A stretch of DNA of 64,000 nt from a bacterium (GCA_963658405.1 CAVKQI010000003.1:60-64059); one strand, 5' to 3'. Numbered from the stretch's first letter, positions 9,219 through 20,321 are shown. The notes: a model not told the origin generated them from the letters alone. Numbers and translations: made by a program.

Positions 9219-11855
9219 CTAATCCACCACTTCCGGTGTCTTTACCACATAGGCGCCCAGTGCGCCCTCCTGTACGTCGATCTGAATGGTGTCTCCCTGA
9301 TCGACTTCATCAGAAAGGATCAGCTTAGCGGACAGGGTCTCCACATACTTCTGGATATATCTCTTTAACGGTCTTGCGCCGTAGGAAGGATCGTATGCAG
9401 CATCGGCCACAAACTTCTTGGCCTCCTCGGTCAGCTCAATACGGATCTCTCTGTCTGCCATACGCTTATTCAGGTCGGCAATGATCAGGTCGATGATGTC
9501 GGTGATATTGCTCTTGGTCAGTGGCTTAAAGAGGATCGTCTCATCCAGCCGGTTTAAGAACTCCGGACGGAAGTGGGCATGGAGCTGATCCATGACTTTC
9601 TGCCGGGCCGCAGCGGAAATATTCTCTCCGTCCGCATTCCCGCCGGCCTCTCCGCCGGCTTCCAGGTCGTCCAGGATATCCTGGGCACCGATATTGGAAG
9701 TCATGATCAGGATCGTATTCTTAAAGTCCACGGTCCTGCCCTGGGAATCCGTCACACGGCCGTCATCCAGCACCTGCAGCAGCACATTGAATACATCCGG
9801 GTGTGCCTTTTCTATCTCATCGAAAAGCACCACGCTGTAGGGTCTGCGGCGAACTGCCTCTGTCAGCTGACCGCCTTCCTCGTAGCCCACATATCCCGGA
9901 GGCGCTCCGATCAGACGGGATACGGAATATTTCTCCATATACTCACTCATATCAATACGGACCATATTCTTTTCATCGTCAAAGAGGGCTGCCGCCAGGG
10001 CCTTGGCCAGCTCTGTCTTACCTACGCCGGTGGGGCCAAGGAACAGGAAGGAACCGATGGGCTTGGTGGGGTCCTTGATGCCGGCCTTGCTGCGCATGAT
10101 GGCCTCGGAGACCTTTTCCACTGCCTCATCCTGACCGATCACACGCTTATGCAGCTCATCTGCCAGATGCAGGGTCTTGCTGCGCTCGCTCTCCGTCAGC
10201 TTGCTGATCGGAATGCCGGTCCATCTGGAAATGATCCTGGCGATCTCATCCTCCGTCACACGCTCGTGCACCAGGGATAAGTCCTCATCCTTTGCCTTGT
10301 TTTCCGCTTCCTCCAGTTCTTTCTTCAGGGAAGGAAGTTTGCCGTAGGTCAGCTCGGCCGCCTTGTTCAGATCACCCTGCTGCTGTGCCTGCTGGATCTC
10401 TCCGTTGACAGCTTCGATCTGCTCACGCAGCTTGGAGAGCTTATCTACGCTTGCCTTCTCGTTCTCCCACTGTGCCTTTTTGACGGCAAAGTCATCCTGC
10501 AGCTCTGCCAGCTCCTTCTGCAGATCCGCCAGACGCTCCTTGCTCAGATTGTCGTCTTCCTTCTTAAGGGCAGCTTCCTCGATCTGCATCTGCAGGATCT
10601 TGCGCTGCTGCTCATCCAGCTCCGTGGGCATGGAATCCAGCTCCGTCTTGATCAGGGCGCAGGCCTCATCCACCAGGTCGATGGCCTTATCCGGCAGGAA
10701 ACGATCCGTGATATAACGATCCGAAAGAACGGCTGCGCTGACCAGAGCATTGTCCATGATCTTGACGCCGTGATAAACCTCGTAGCGGTCCTTCAGGCCA
10801 CGGAGAATGGAAATAGTATCCTCCACAGAAGGCTCTTCCACCATGACCGGCTGGAAACGACGTTCCAGAGCCGCATCCTTTTCAATATACTGACGATATT
10901 CATTTAAGGTAGTGGCGCCGATGCAGTGCAGCTCGCCTCTGGCCAGCATGGGCTTTAACATATTGCCCGCATCCAGAGCGCCGTCTGTCTTGCCCGCACC
11001 CACGATGGTATGAAGCTCATCGATGAACAGGATGATCTCGCCGTCGCTGTTCTTTACATCCTCCAGCACGGCCTTCAGACGTTCCTCGAATTCACCTCTG
11101 TACTTGGCGCCGGCTACCAGGGAACCCATATTCAGGGAAAAGATCTTCTTATTCTTCAGTCCCTGGGGCACATCGCCCCTGACGATACGCTGCGCCAGCC
11201 CCTCTACCACGGCGGTCTTCCCTACGCCGGGCTCACCGATCAGCACCGGGTTGTTCTTGGATTTACGGGAAAGGATACGGATCACATTGCGGATCTCCGC
11301 ATCTCTGCCGATCACCGGATCCAGCTTCTGCTCTCTGGCCTTTTCCACCAGCTCCTCGCCGTATTTGGCCAGGGTGTCATAGGTAGCCTCCGGATTGTCG
11401 CTGGTCACTCTCTGATTGCCCCGCACACTCTGCAGTGCCTGCAGGAACTTATCTCTCGTAATGCCGTAAGCGGAAAAGAGCTTTTTCACCTGACCGTCTG
11501 CATGCTTTAAAAGAGAAAGGAACAGATGCTCTACGGAGACATACTCATCTCCGAGGCTCTTTGCCTCATCCTCTGCATCCAGCAGGACCTTGTTAAGGCC
11601 GGTGCTCACATAGACCTGGGCAGAAGAGCCCTGCACCTTGGTCAGGGATGCCACTGCCTCCTGTGCCTGCTGCTGAAACTCTGTCGGGTCTATGCCCATC
11701 TTTTCCACCAGCTTTAAAATCAGGCTGTCCTCAATAGTCAGCAGACTGTAGAGCAGATGCGCCTGCTCGATCTGCTGGTTGCTGTAATCATAAGCCAGCT
11801 TTTCGCACTGGTTTACCGCTTCCACAGATTTCTGTGTGAATTTCTGAATATTCAT
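9219..11855 (-). CDS. clpB: ATP-dependent chaperone ClpB
   Basis: The start was moved to [10 protein letters not shown] (GGAGG upstream). Features are a Clp N domain, two AAA+ modules ([16 protein letters not shown]) and a long middle coiled-coil. Confidence 0.95.
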   Translation of the reverse strand: MNIQKFTQKSVEAVNQCEKLAYDYSNQQIEQAHLLYSLLTIEDSLILKLVEKMGIDPTEFQQQAQEAVASLTKVQGSSAQVYVSTGLNKVLLDAEDEAKSLGDEYVSVEHLFLSLLKHADGQVKKLFSAYGITRDKFLQALQSVRGNQRVTSDNPEATYDTLAKYGEELVEKAREQKLDPVIGRDAEIRNVIRILSRKSKNNPVLIGEPGVGKTAVVEGLAQRIVRGDVPQGLKNKKIFSLNMGSLVAGAKYRGEFEERLKAVLEDVKNSDGEIILFIDELHTIVGAGKTDGALDAGNMLKPMLARGELHCIGATTLNEYRQYIEKDAALERRFQPVMVEEPSVEDTISILRGLKDRYEVYHGVKIMDNALVSAAVLSDRYITDRFLPDKAIDLVDEACALIKTELDSMPTELDEQQRKILQMQIEEAALKKEDDNLSKERLADLQKELAELQDDFAVKKAQWENEKASVDKLSKLREQIEAVNGEIQQAQQQGDLNKAAELTYGKLPSLKKELEEAENKAKDEDLSLVHERVTEDEIARIISRWTGIPISKLTESERSKTLHLADELHKRVIGQDEAVEKVSEAIMRSKAGIKDPTKPIGSFLFLGPTGVGKTELAKALAAALFDDEKNMVRIDMSEYMEKYSVSRLIGAPPGYVGYEEGGQLTEAVRRRPYSVVLFDEIEKAHPDVFNVLLQVLDDGRVTDSQGRTVDFKNTILIMTSNIGAQDILDDLEAGGEAGGNADGENISAAARQKVMDQLHAHFRPEFLNRLDETILFKPLTKSNITDIIDLIIADLNKRMADREIRIELTEEAKKFVADAAYDPSYGARPLKRYIQKYVETLSAKLILSDEVDQGDTIQIDVQEGALGAYVVKTPEVVD

Positions 11856-12149
11856 AAACTTGCCTCCTCTCCCGATGTGCTCTGCCAACGCAGATGCCCG
11901 TCGACTGTCCGATGCAGACTGCCCCGCTGCGCACTGCGCACCACTCGCCGCTGCCCGCTGCAGGATTCGTTTTTCTATCCTGTGCCGCCTCTGCGGCTCG
12001 TGGTGCCCGCTGCCTGGTGGCTTTCTTTCGTCTGCATTTTCTCAGGTAAGAACTTTTCTTCCTTGTTCTATTGGAACTATAACACATACACCAAAAAAAG
12101 CAACACCAATTTCTAAAAAAAACATAAAACTTTTAGAAATACCGGCAGC

Positions 12150-12200
12150 AAAAAAGGAGACATCCCGTGCAGAATTACCTGCAGGATGTCTCTCTTTTTT
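12150..12200 (-). terminator. Intrinsic terminator after the sortase gene
   Basis: Stem GGAGACATCC/GGATGTCTC (12156-12165 / 12184-12192), with runs of A and T on both sides. Confidence 0.7.
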
Positions 12201-12201
12201 C

Positions 12202-13047
12202 CTATAATGAATACTCGCCGCAGCTGACGCTGTGCACCAGAAAGCGCTGCGTTCCGCCCGCCGGGCCGCTGCAGGTGGAAAGGGTCAGAAGTGCCGGCCT
12301 TGGGCCGGTCAGCGCTGCGGTTAAATCTGTGCTTAAATATTTGCTTAAATCTGTGCCGCTTCCGGAAGCATACAGGGATCTCTCCTTCGCCTTCCGGACA
12401 TAGGCATCATAGTCTGCCTCATCCGCAATGCCCTGATAGGCATCGCTGTCTGCCTCTGTCACGTAATAGGAAAAGATCTCATATTTGCGGACCGTCTTCT
12501 CCGAATAGAAATAGAGATAAGGATCCTCCCTGCACAGGTTTTCCTCCTGGTACAGGCGCTTTAAGCTGCCGAACATGGTGCCGTTCTTCATATTGTGGCC
12601 GAAGAGAAAAGTATTGGCATCCGATAGGTCCGGACTGGTGGCTGTATCCATAAAGATGCAGCCGCTTCCGTTTTCCGTGCCGTAAAAGGTCTTCTTCAGG
12701 TATTCCGTATCGGTTTTCCCCTGCACCACCGGATAGCAAAGATCCAGGGAGGGAATGTAGAGGATGCCCACCAGATCCGGATTGATCCGGCGTATTGCGG
12801 CAAAGTCGATGTCCAGGTCAGGATAGGCCACCTTATCTGCAGCCGTATGGCTCTCGGACTCTTCTTTCTGCGTTTCTTCTTCCTTTATATACGAAGCCTG
12901 CAGCCCGGCATATTCCTCCCGGGCCTGCCGATAAGATAAAAGATCTCCCAGGATACGGCCGCCGGCCACACCGGCTGCCGTCAGACCTGCTGCGATACAG
13001 ACCGCAAGGAAACACACCGATATATGATCCGAAAGCCTTTTTCCCAT
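12202..13047 (-). CDS. srtB: Class B sortase
   Basis: Signal-anchor, His motif LFGHNM, catalytic TLSTC, and a distal Arg. The start was moved to MGKRLSDH (AGGAG 6 nt upstream). Confidence 0.8.
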   Translation of the reverse strand: MGKRLSDHISVCFLAVCIAAGLTAAGVAGGRILGDLLSYRQAREEYAGLQASYIKEEETQKEESESHTAADKVAYPDLDIDFAAIRRINPDLVGILYIPSLDLCYPVVQGKTDTEYLKKTFYGTENGSGCIFMDTATSPDLSDANTFLFGHNMKNGTMFGSLKRLYQEENLCREDPYLYFYSEKTVRKYEIFSYYVTEADSDAYQGIADEADYDAYVRKAKERSLYASGSGTDLSKYLSTDLTAALTGPRPALLTLSTCSGPAGGTQRFLVHSVSCGEYSL

Positions 13048-13099
13048 AGGCAGCTCCTGTCCTTTCACTCCTGCACTGCTTTCTTTTGCAAATGCCGCC

Positions 13100-14593
13100 C
13101 TACTGCACCATGATATTGGAATAACCCATCAGGCTCTTGTCCACTGCTCTGGCAGCCTCCAGGCCTTCCCGGATAGCCCATACCACCAGGGACTGTCCTC
13201 TGTGCATATCGCCTGCCACGAAGACTCTCTCTGCGCTGGTCTGGTACTGTCCTGCTTCGGTATTTACATTGGTGCGGGCATTCAATGCCACGCCAAAGCT
13301 GTCCGCCACATATTTCTCGGTGCCAAGGAAGCCCGCTGCGATCAGCAGCAGCTCACAGGGCAGTACCTGCTCACTTCCCTCTATGGGAGAAGAGACCAGT
13401 CTGCCGGTCTTGGGGTCCTTTTTCCATGCCAGCTTTACGATGGTCACGCTCTTTAAACTGCCGTTTTTATCCTTGGTGAATTCCTTGACCGTGGACTCAT
13501 AGATCCGGGGATCATGGCCGAAAACGGCGATGGCCTCTTCCTGGCCGTAGTCGGTCTTGCAGATCCTGGGCCACTCCGGCCAGGAATTATTCTCTGCTCT
13601 CTCATCCGGTGCCTTGGGCATCATCTCGATCTGGGTCACTGACTTGCAGCCGTGACGGATCGCCGTGCCCACGCAGTCGTTGCCGGTATCGCCGCCGCCG
13701 ATGATCACTACATTTTTATCCTTAGCGCTGACATAGCTGTTATCCTGCAGACCGGAGTCCAGAAGGCTCTTGGTATTTCTGCCCAGGAAATCCACGGCAA
13801 AGTAAATGCCCTTGGCATCCCTTCCCGGTGCCTGAATATCCCGGGGATTTTTGGCACCACAGGCCAGGAGCACACGGTCGTACTTTTTCAGAAGCTCCTC
13901 TGCCTTGATGTCCTTGCCGATATCCGCATTGGTGACAAACTCCACGCCCTCTTCTTCCATGATGCGCATCTTCCGGTCCACGATAGCTTTATCCAGCTTC
14001 ATATTCGGAATGCCGTACATCAAAAGGCCGCCGATCCTGTCATCTCTCTCATAGACGGTCACCTGATGGCCCCGCTTATTGAGCTTGTCCGCCGCAGCCA
14101 GGCCCGCCGGGCCGCTTCCCACGATGGCCACCCGCTTGCCGGTCCTCGTTCTGGGAGGATTGGCCTTCGCATAGCCATCCTGATAGGCACGCTCGATGAT
14201 GGCATACTCATTTTCCCTGGTGGTCACGGCCTCGCCGTGGAGACTGCAGGTGCAGGCTGCCTCGCACAGAGCCGGACATACCCGGGAGGTAAATTCCGGA
14301 AATACGTTGGTCTTTGTCAGGCGCTCATAGGCCTGCTTCCAGTTGCCGGTATAGACCATGTCATTCCACTCCGGGATCAGATTGTGCAGCGGGCAGCCGC
14401 TGGTCATGCCGTTTAAGGTCATGCCGGACTGGCAGAAAGGCACACCGCAGTTCATGCAGCGGGCGCCCTGCCGGCGCTGTTCCTCCTCGGAGAGGTGACG
14501 GTGAAATTCATTAAAGTTCTTGATTCTGTCCTTGGGAGCGATATCTGCCGATACCTCCCGCTGATATTCCATAAATCCTGTAGGCTTTCCCAT
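13100..14593 (-). CDS. gltD: Glutamate synthase (NADPH) small subunit
   Basis: 497 aa with N-terminal Cys clusters (CMNCGVPFCQ) and the dinucleotide motif GSGPAGLAAA. Confidence 0.9.
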   Translation of the reverse strand: MGKPTGFMEYQREVSADIAPKDRIKNFNEFHRHLSEEEQRRQGARCMNCGVPFCQSGMTLNGMTSGCPLHNLIPEWNDMVYTGNWKQAYERLTKTNVFPEFTSRVCPALCEAACTCSLHGEAVTTRENEYAIIERAYQDGYAKANPPRTRTGKRVAIVGSGPAGLAAADKLNKRGHQVTVYERDDRIGGLLMYGIPNMKLDKAIVDRKMRIMEEEGVEFVTNADIGKDIKAEELLKKYDRVLLACGAKNPRDIQAPGRDAKGIYFAVDFLGRNTKSLLDSGLQDNSYVSAKDKNVVIIGGGDTGNDCVGTAIRHGCKSVTQIEMMPKAPDERAENNSWPEWPRICKTDYGQEEAIAVFGHDPRIYESTVKEFTKDKNGSLKSVTIVKLAWKKDPKTGRLVSSPIEGSEQVLPCELLLIAAGFLGTEKYVADSFGVALNARTNVNTEAGQYQTSAERVFVAGDMHRGQSLVVWAIREGLEAARAVDKSLMGYSNIMVQ

Positions 14594-14674
14594 TACAATG
14601 TCCTCCTATGCCGCTGCATTGCAGCGGCAGCGCGAAGGGAATTTCGCGTAGGCGAATTCCCTGATGCGATCCTC
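14594..14674 (-). repeat. Family-1 module, hp2+hp1 only, filling the gltB-gltD spacer
   Basis: hp1 TGCCGCTGC-ATT-GCAGCGGCA at 14609-14629 and hp2 GGGAATTTCGC/GGCGAATTCCC at 14637-14661. In sense orientation hp1 is followed by TAGGAGGACATTGTA-ATG (gltD). Confidence 0.85.
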
Positions 14675-17600
14675 TTAATCTAACTTGCCGCTCTTGACTG
14701 CGTAGAATGCTTCGATCTGTGCCTGCTCCGCAGACAGACCCTTCTCTTCCATTTCCACGATGGCAGAGAGCATCTTTTCATAGTCATGGGGAATGATCTT
14801 CTTAAATTTAGGCAGGTAGTCCTTGAAGTTGTCCAGGATCTCCTTGCCCTTTACAGAACCGGTGAGGGAGACATGCTCCTTGATGATCTCCTTCAGTTCC
14901 AGGACATCGTACTTGTTGGTCAGCTCATAGGAGGAAACCATTTCCTTATTAAGACGCAGGTAAAGGTCATTTTCCTCATCCAGCACATAGGCGATGCCGC
15001 CGCTCATGCCTGCAGCAAAGTTCTTGCCGGTGCGTCCTAAGATGACCGCACGTCCACCGGTCATGTACTCACAGCCGTGGTCTCCCACGCCTTCCACTAC
15101 GGCAATGGCGCCGGAATTTCGCACGCAGAAACGCTCGCCGGCCACGCCGTTGATAAAGGCCTTGCCGCTGGTGGCGCCGTACAGTGCCACGTTTCCTACG
15201 ATGATATTTTCATCCTGCTTAAAGGAAGCGCTCTTCGGAGGATACAGGATCAGCTTGCCGCCGGAAAGTCCCTTGCCGAAGTAGTCGTTGGAATCACCCA
15301 CCAGCTCCAGAGTCAGACCGCTGGGAATAAAGGCGCCAAAGCTCTGTCCGCCTGCACCGGTGCAGTGGATCCGGTAGGTATCCTCTGCCACATGCTCGCC
15401 TAATTTTCTGGTGATCTCGGAGCCCAGGATCGTACCGAAGGCACGGTCGGTATTCTTGACTTCTACTTCCATGCTCATGGGCTTGCCTGCTGCAATGGAC
15501 TTGCCCATCTGCTTAAGCAATACGCTCTCATCCAGGGTCTTTTCCAGATGGAAGTCATACTTCTGCTTCGGATCGTAGATGACCGCTACATCCTTTCTGC
15601 CCGCATAGGGGTTATCCAGGATATTGCCCAGGCTGATCTGCTTCTGGGCAGGGGTCAGATCCTCTCTTACCTTTAAGAGGTCACTGCGGCCCACCAGCTC
15701 ATCCACGGTGCGGACGCCCAGTTTTGCCATATATTCCCGGAGCTCCTGCGCGATAAAGCGCATGAAGTTCACTACGTATTCCGGCTTGCCGGAGAAGTTC
15801 TTTCGCAGTTCCGGATTCTGGGTAGCCACGCCCACCGGGCAGGTATCCAGGTTGCAGACACGCATCATCACGCAGCCCATGGTCACCAGCGGTGCCGTAG
15901 CAAAGCCGAATTCCTCGGCGCCCAGCATAGCCGCAATGGCCACGTCACGGCCGCTCATGAGCTTACCGTCTGTCTCGATGCGGACCTTATTGCGCAGGCC
16001 GTTCATGATCAGGGTCTGGTGGGTCTCCGCAAGACCCAGCTCCCAGGGAAGTCCCGCATTGTGAATGGAGTTGCGCGGTGCTGCGCCGGTACCGCCGTCA
16101 TAGCCGGAGATCAGGATGACCTGAGCGCCGGCCTTGGCTACGCCGGCTGCTACGGTACCTACGCCGGCCTCGGAAACCAGCTTTACAGAGATCCTCGCCT
16201 CTGTATTGGAGCTCTTTAAGTCATAGATCAGCTCTGCCAGATCCTCGATGGAATAGATATCGTGATGCGGCGGCGGAGAGATCAGGGCCACACCGGGTGT
16301 GGAATGTCTGGTCTTCGCGATCCAGGGATAGACCTTGCCTGCGGGCAGATGACCGCCCTCGCCGGGCTTTGCGCCCTGGGCCATCTTGATCTGGATCTCC
16401 TCGGCACTCACCAGGTAGCGGCTGGTGACACCAAAACGGCCGGATGCCACCTGCTTGATGGCAGAGCACCGGTTCTTTCCGTCCTTGCCTATGGTCAGGC
16501 GCTCTTCTTCCTCACCGCCCTCACCGGTATTGGACTTGCCGTGGATCATGTTCATAGCGATGGCGAGGGTCTCATGGGCTTCCTTGGAAATAGAGCCGTA
16601 GCTCATGGCGCCGGTCTTAAAGCGGGTCACGATGGAATCTACACTCTCCACCTCGTCGATGGAAATGCCCTTTGCCGGGAAATTAAACTCCATCAGGCCG
16701 CGGAGGTTGCGGATGGAATCCTCTCTGTTTACCAGAGCGGTGTACTGCTTGAACAGGTCATAGCTGCCGGTTCTGGTAGAAGTCTGCAGCAGATGGATGG
16801 TAGCAGGGTTGTACATATGCTCCTCGGCACCGCTGCGCATCTTATGATCGCCGATGCTGTTGAGGTTTAAGTCTACGGACAGTCCCAGCGGATCAAAGGC
16901 CTGGCTGTGACGATTCTCCAGCTCCTTCTCGATATCCTTCAGTGTGATGCCGCCCACACGGCAGACAGTATTGGTGAAATACTTATCGATGACGCTCTTA
17001 TCCAGACCGATGGCCTCAAAGATCTGAGAACCCTGGTAGGAACGGATGGTGGAAATACCCATCTTGGAAGCGATCTTGACGATGCCGTGGAGGATGGCAT
17101 TGTTGTAGTCATCCACAGCGGCATAGTAATCCTTGTCCAGCATGTGGTCCTCGATGGCCTCGCGGATGGTCTCCTGGGCCAGGTAAGGATTGATAGCGCA
17201 GGCACCATAGCCCAGCAGGGTGGCAAAATGATGCACGGAACGGGGCTCTGCGGATTCCAGGATCAGTGCCACGTTGGTGCGCTTCTTGGTATTGACCAGG
17301 TGCTGGTTTAAGGCAGATACCGCCAAAAGGGACGGGATCGCCACGTGGTTTTCATCCACTCCTCTGTCGGAGAGGATCATGATGTTGACGCCGTCTCTGT
17401 AGGCTCTGTCCACTTCCACGAAGAGATGGTCGATGGCCTTCTCCAGGCTGGTATGGGTGTAGTAGGTGATCGGGATCACCTCTACCTTGAAGCCTTCCTT
17501 CTTCATGTTCTTGATCTTTAACAGATCGGTATTGGTGAGAATGGGATTGTGCACTTCCAGCACATTACAGTTCTTGGGATTCTCCTCCAGGAGATTGCCC

Positions 17601-19234
17601 TCAGAGCCGATATAGACGGTGGTGGAAGTGACGATCTCCTCACGGATGGCATCGATGGGCGGGTTCGTCACCTGTGCAAACAGCTGCTTGAAATAATGAA
17701 ACAGCGGGTGATACGCAGGGCTCAATACCGGCAAAGGGGTATCCACACCCATGGAGGCGATGGCCTCTGAGCCGTTGACAGCCATAGGCAGAATGCCGTC
17801 CTTGAATTCCTCATAGGTATAGCCGAAGGCCTTCTGCAGGCGATGACATTCCTCGTGGGTAAAGGAAGGAATGCGGCAGTTGGGGATCCGCAGGTCCTTC
17901 AGCAGCACCAGGTTATTATCCAGCCACTCGCCGTAAGGCTGACGCTTTGCATATTTTTCCTTGATCTCATTGTCGTCGATGATGCGGCCTGCCGCGGTAT
18001 CCACCAGCAGCATCTTGCCGGGACGCAGGCGATCCTTCAGGACCACGGAGGAATCCTCCAGATCCAGCACGCCCACCTCGGAGGAAAGGATCAGCTGTCC
18101 CTCCTCGGTGATCACGTAGCGGGAAGGGCGAAGACCATTGCGGTCCAGCACGGCGCCCACGATATCACCGTCGGTAAAGAGAATGGAGGCCGGGCCGTCC
18201 CAGGGCTCCATCATGGTCGCATAGTACTGATAGAAATCCTTCTTTGTCTGGCTCATGGCCTTATTGTTGGACCAGGGCTCCGGGATGGTGACCATCACAG
18301 CCAGAGGCAGATCCATGCCGCTCATGGTCAAAAATTCCAGGGTATTGTCCAGCATGGCAGAGTCAGAACCGTTGGTATTGACGACCGGCAGGATCTTTGG
18401 CAGCTGGTCATGGAGCTGCTCGGAATCGGTATTCTCTTCTCTGGCCAGCATCTTATCGATATTGCCGCGGATGGTATTGATCTCACCGTTGTGCACGATA
18501 AAGCGGTACGGATGTGCCCGCTCCCAGCTGGGGAAGGTATTGGTGGAGAAACGGGAGTGCACGATGGCAATGGCTGACTCATAATCCTTATCCTGCAGAT
18601 CCAGGAAAAAGGTGCGCAGCTGATTGACCAGGAACATGCCCTTGTAGATAATGGTGCGGCTGGAAAGGGACACCACGTAGGTATTATCATTGGACTGTTC
18701 GAAGACCCGGCGTACTACATAGAGCATGCGATCAAAAGGCAGACCCTTTTCCACCTTCTCCGGCTTCTTCACAAAGCCCTGCATGATACAGGGCATACAT
18801 TCCTTGGCCTTATTGCCCAGTACGTCCGGGGCATTGGAGACCTCACGCCAGCCAAGGAAGGTAAGACCCTCTTTTTCGCAGATGATCTCAAACATCTTCT
18901 TGGCCTGGTTACGGGGCAGCTCCTCCTGGGGGAAGAAGAACATGCCGACGCCGTACTCTCTCTCTCCGCCCAGATCAATGCCCTGCTTTTTCATGACCTT
19001 TGTCAGGAATTTATGGGGCACCTGGGTCATGATGCCGACACCGTCACCGGTCTTGCCCTCTGCATCCTTGCCGGCGCGGTGATCCAGATTTTCCACGATC
19101 TTCAGCGCATTTTCCACATTGCGGTGACTCTTGCGGCCGTGGATATCCACACAGGCACCGATACCGCAGGCATCGTGCTCGAATGAGGGATCATAAAGGG
19201 GCGGCTGCCCGAGGGATTTCTTTACATCAAACAT
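14675..19234 (-). CDS. gltB: Glutamate synthase large subunit
   Basis: 1519 aa with an Ntn amidotransferase start ..HDACGIGA.., followed by the FMN/central domain and the C-terminal GXGXG domain. Confidence 0.95.
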   Translation of the reverse strand: MFDVKKSLGQPPLYDPSFEHDACGIGACVDIHGRKSHRNVENALKIVENLDHRAGKDAEGKTGDGVGIMTQVPHKFLTKVMKKQGIDLGGEREYGVGMFFFPQEELPRNQAKKMFEIICEKEGLTFLGWREVSNAPDVLGNKAKECMPCIMQGFVKKPEKVEKGLPFDRMLYVVRRVFEQSNDNTYVVSLSSRTIIYKGMFLVNQLRTFFLDLQDKDYESAIAIVHSRFSTNTFPSWERAHPYRFIVHNGEINTIRGNIDKMLAREENTDSEQLHDQLPKILPVVNTNGSDSAMLDNTLEFLTMSGMDLPLAVMVTIPEPWSNNKAMSQTKKDFYQYYATMMEPWDGPASILFTDGDIVGAVLDRNGLRPSRYVITEEGQLILSSEVGVLDLEDSSVVLKDRLRPGKMLLVDTAAGRIIDDNEIKEKYAKRQPYGEWLDNNLVLLKDLRIPNCRIPSFTHEECHRLQKAFGYTYEEFKDGILPMAVNGSEAIASMGVDTPLPVLSPAYHPLFHYFKQLFAQVTNPPIDAIREEIVTSTTVYIGSEGNLLEENPKNCNVLEVHNPILTNTDLLKIKNMKKEGFKVEVIPITYYTHTSLEKAIDHLFVEVDRAYRDGVNIMILSDRGVDENHVAIPSLLAVSALNQHLVNTKKRTNVALILESAEPRSVHHFATLLGYGACAINPYLAQETIREAIEDHMLDKDYYAAVDDYNNAILHGIVKIASKMGISTIRSYQGSQIFEAIGLDKSVIDKYFTNTVCRVGGITLKDIEKELENRHSQAFDPLGLSVDLNLNSIGDHKMRSGAEEHMYNPATIHLLQTSTRTGSYDLFKQYTALVNREDSIRNLRGLMEFNFPAKGISIDEVESVDSIVTRFKTGAMSYGSISKEAHETLAIAMNMIHGKSNTGEGGEEEERLTIGKDGKNRCSAIKQVASGRFGVTSRYLVSAEEIQIKMAQGAKPGEGGHLPAGKVYPWIAKTRHSTPGVALISPPPHHDIYSIEDLAELIYDLKSSNTEARISVKLVSEAGVGTVAAGVAKAGAQVILISGYDGGTGAAPRNSIHNAGLPWELGLAETHQTLIMNGLRNKVRIETDGKLMSGRDVAIAAMLGAEEFGFATAPLVTMGCVMMRVCNLDTCPVGVATQNPELRKNFSGKPEYVVNFMRFIAQELREYMAKLGVRTVDELVGRSDLLKVREDLTPAQKQISLGNILDNPYAGRKDVAVIYDPKQKYDFHLEKTLDESVLLKQMGKSIAAGKPMSMEVEVKNTDRAFGTILGSEITRKLGEHVAEDTYRIHCTGAGGQSFGAFIPSGLTLELVGDSNDYFGKGLSGGKLILYPPKSASFKQDENIIVGNVALYGATSGKAFINGVAGERFCVRNSGAIAVVEGVGDHGCEYMTGGRAVILGRTGKNFAAGMSGGIAYVLDEENDLYLRLNKEMVSSYELTNKYDVLELKEIIKEHVSLTGSVKGKEILDNFKDYLPKFKKIIPHDYEKMLSAIVEMEEKGLSAEQAQIEAFYAVKSGKLD

Positions 19235-19271
19235 AGCTTTCTCCTTCTCCTGTTCTGATGAAACTACGGGA

Positions 19272-19317
19272 ATAAAAAAGAGCGCAATAGGGCCTTTTCT
19301 GCGCCCCTTTGCGCTCT
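19272..19317 (-). terminator. Intrinsic terminator hairpin in the gltB leader (or terminator of the upstream CPBP gene)
   Basis: Minus-sense AGAGCGCAAAGGGGC/GCCCTATTGCGCTCT (one mismatch, one G-U) followed by TTTTTTATT. It lies 40 nt upstream of the gltB ATG. Confidence 0.65.
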
Positions 19318-19328
19318 TCTTATTCTCG

Positions 19329-19357
19329 AATATAAACCTTCTCTACATAATTGTAAA
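19329..19357 (-). promoter_or_regulatory. Candidate gltB promoter
   Basis: Minus-sense TTTACA (19352-19357), 17 nt, TATATT (19329-19334). A direct repeat CTTTACAA x2, 17 nt apart, overlaps the -35 region. Confidence 0.45.
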
Positions 19358-19391
19358 GAAAAACACTTTGTAAAGTTTTCAGATTATTTGC

Positions 19392-20321
19392 CTATTTACT
19401 GTTTTTAGCTATTGTGTCAGAATATTCAAAGATAATTCCCGTTGCCGCGACCAATAAGAACGCTGTACCCCACAAAGGACTGACCAACCGGACCGTCACA
19501 CCAGTATAGGAAAAGAGTAAAACCACCAGGTTTACCATCCCGTGCAGTACAAAGGGCACGGCAAAGTGCCCGCACCGGACATAGGCCGCCCCAAAGGCCA
19601 TGCCCATCACGAAGGCATAGAATATCTGTGCGGGATTTCCATGGTAGATGCCAAAGACAAGGGCTGAGAGAAGAATGGCCTGTCCCAACGGCATGCATTT
19701 CCGAAGATTCCCCAAAAGGCTCCCCCGAAAGACTGCCTCCTCTGCAAAGGGAGAAACCATGCCGTAGACTGCCGCTGCCAGAAGGATATTGCCGCTGCTG
19801 CCCGACGCCCCGCTTTCGGTCAGCAATAGGATCAGAATATTGATACCCAGGGACAGGCAGATGCAGATCAGCATCCAGCGGGCACAGGCAGCGGCTGCTG
19901 ATCTGCCGCCGGAATCCTCTGCCGGCCGGTGCCGGTCCGGAAATTGGACTGCCCGGGAAGAATTACCTGCCGGAAAATAGCCTGCGGGAGAAGAAAACCG
20001 TGAGAGAAAATCCGGCCGCAGGATTTTCCGGGAGGGTACATACGCGATCCCCTCCCAGCTGCGGATACTGCGCTGCACCGATCCAAAGATCCACGGCAGG
20101 GCACCCAGCATGGCCACGGCGATGGAAAGTGCCTGCCGGTCTCCCGGCTCTACGCTCTGCAATGCGGTCAGAAAGCTGTTCCAGGGCCCGCTGCCATGTG
20201 TATAGATACCCCCATAGGCCCCCGCCTGCTGCCAGAGCCATTCCATAGCCGTCTGGAGCAATTCCTCCAGGAAAATAAACAGGATGGCCGGCGCCATCCC
20301 GTAGAGTAGTCTTTTTTTCAC
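19392..20321 (-). CDS. CPBP-family intramembrane glutamic endopeptidase (CAAX protease/Abi-like)
   Basis: 309 aa, polytopic, with motifs FAEEAVFRG, FGIYHG and HGMVN. Confidence 0.75.
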   Translation of the reverse strand: MKKRLLYGMAPAILFIFLEELLQTAMEWLWQQAGAYGGIYTHGSGPWNSFLTALQSVEPGDRQALSIAVAMLGALPWIFGSVQRSIRSWEGIAYVPSRKILRPDFLSRFSSPAGYFPAGNSSRAVQFPDRHRPAEDSGGRSAAAACARWMLICICLSLGINILILLLTESGASGSSGNILLAAAVYGMVSPFAEEAVFRGSLLGNLRKCMPLGQAILLSALVFGIYHGNPAQIFYAFVMGMAFGAAYVRCGHFAVPFVLHGMVNLVVLLFSYTGVTVRLVSPLWGTAFLLVAATGIIFEYSDTIAKNSK

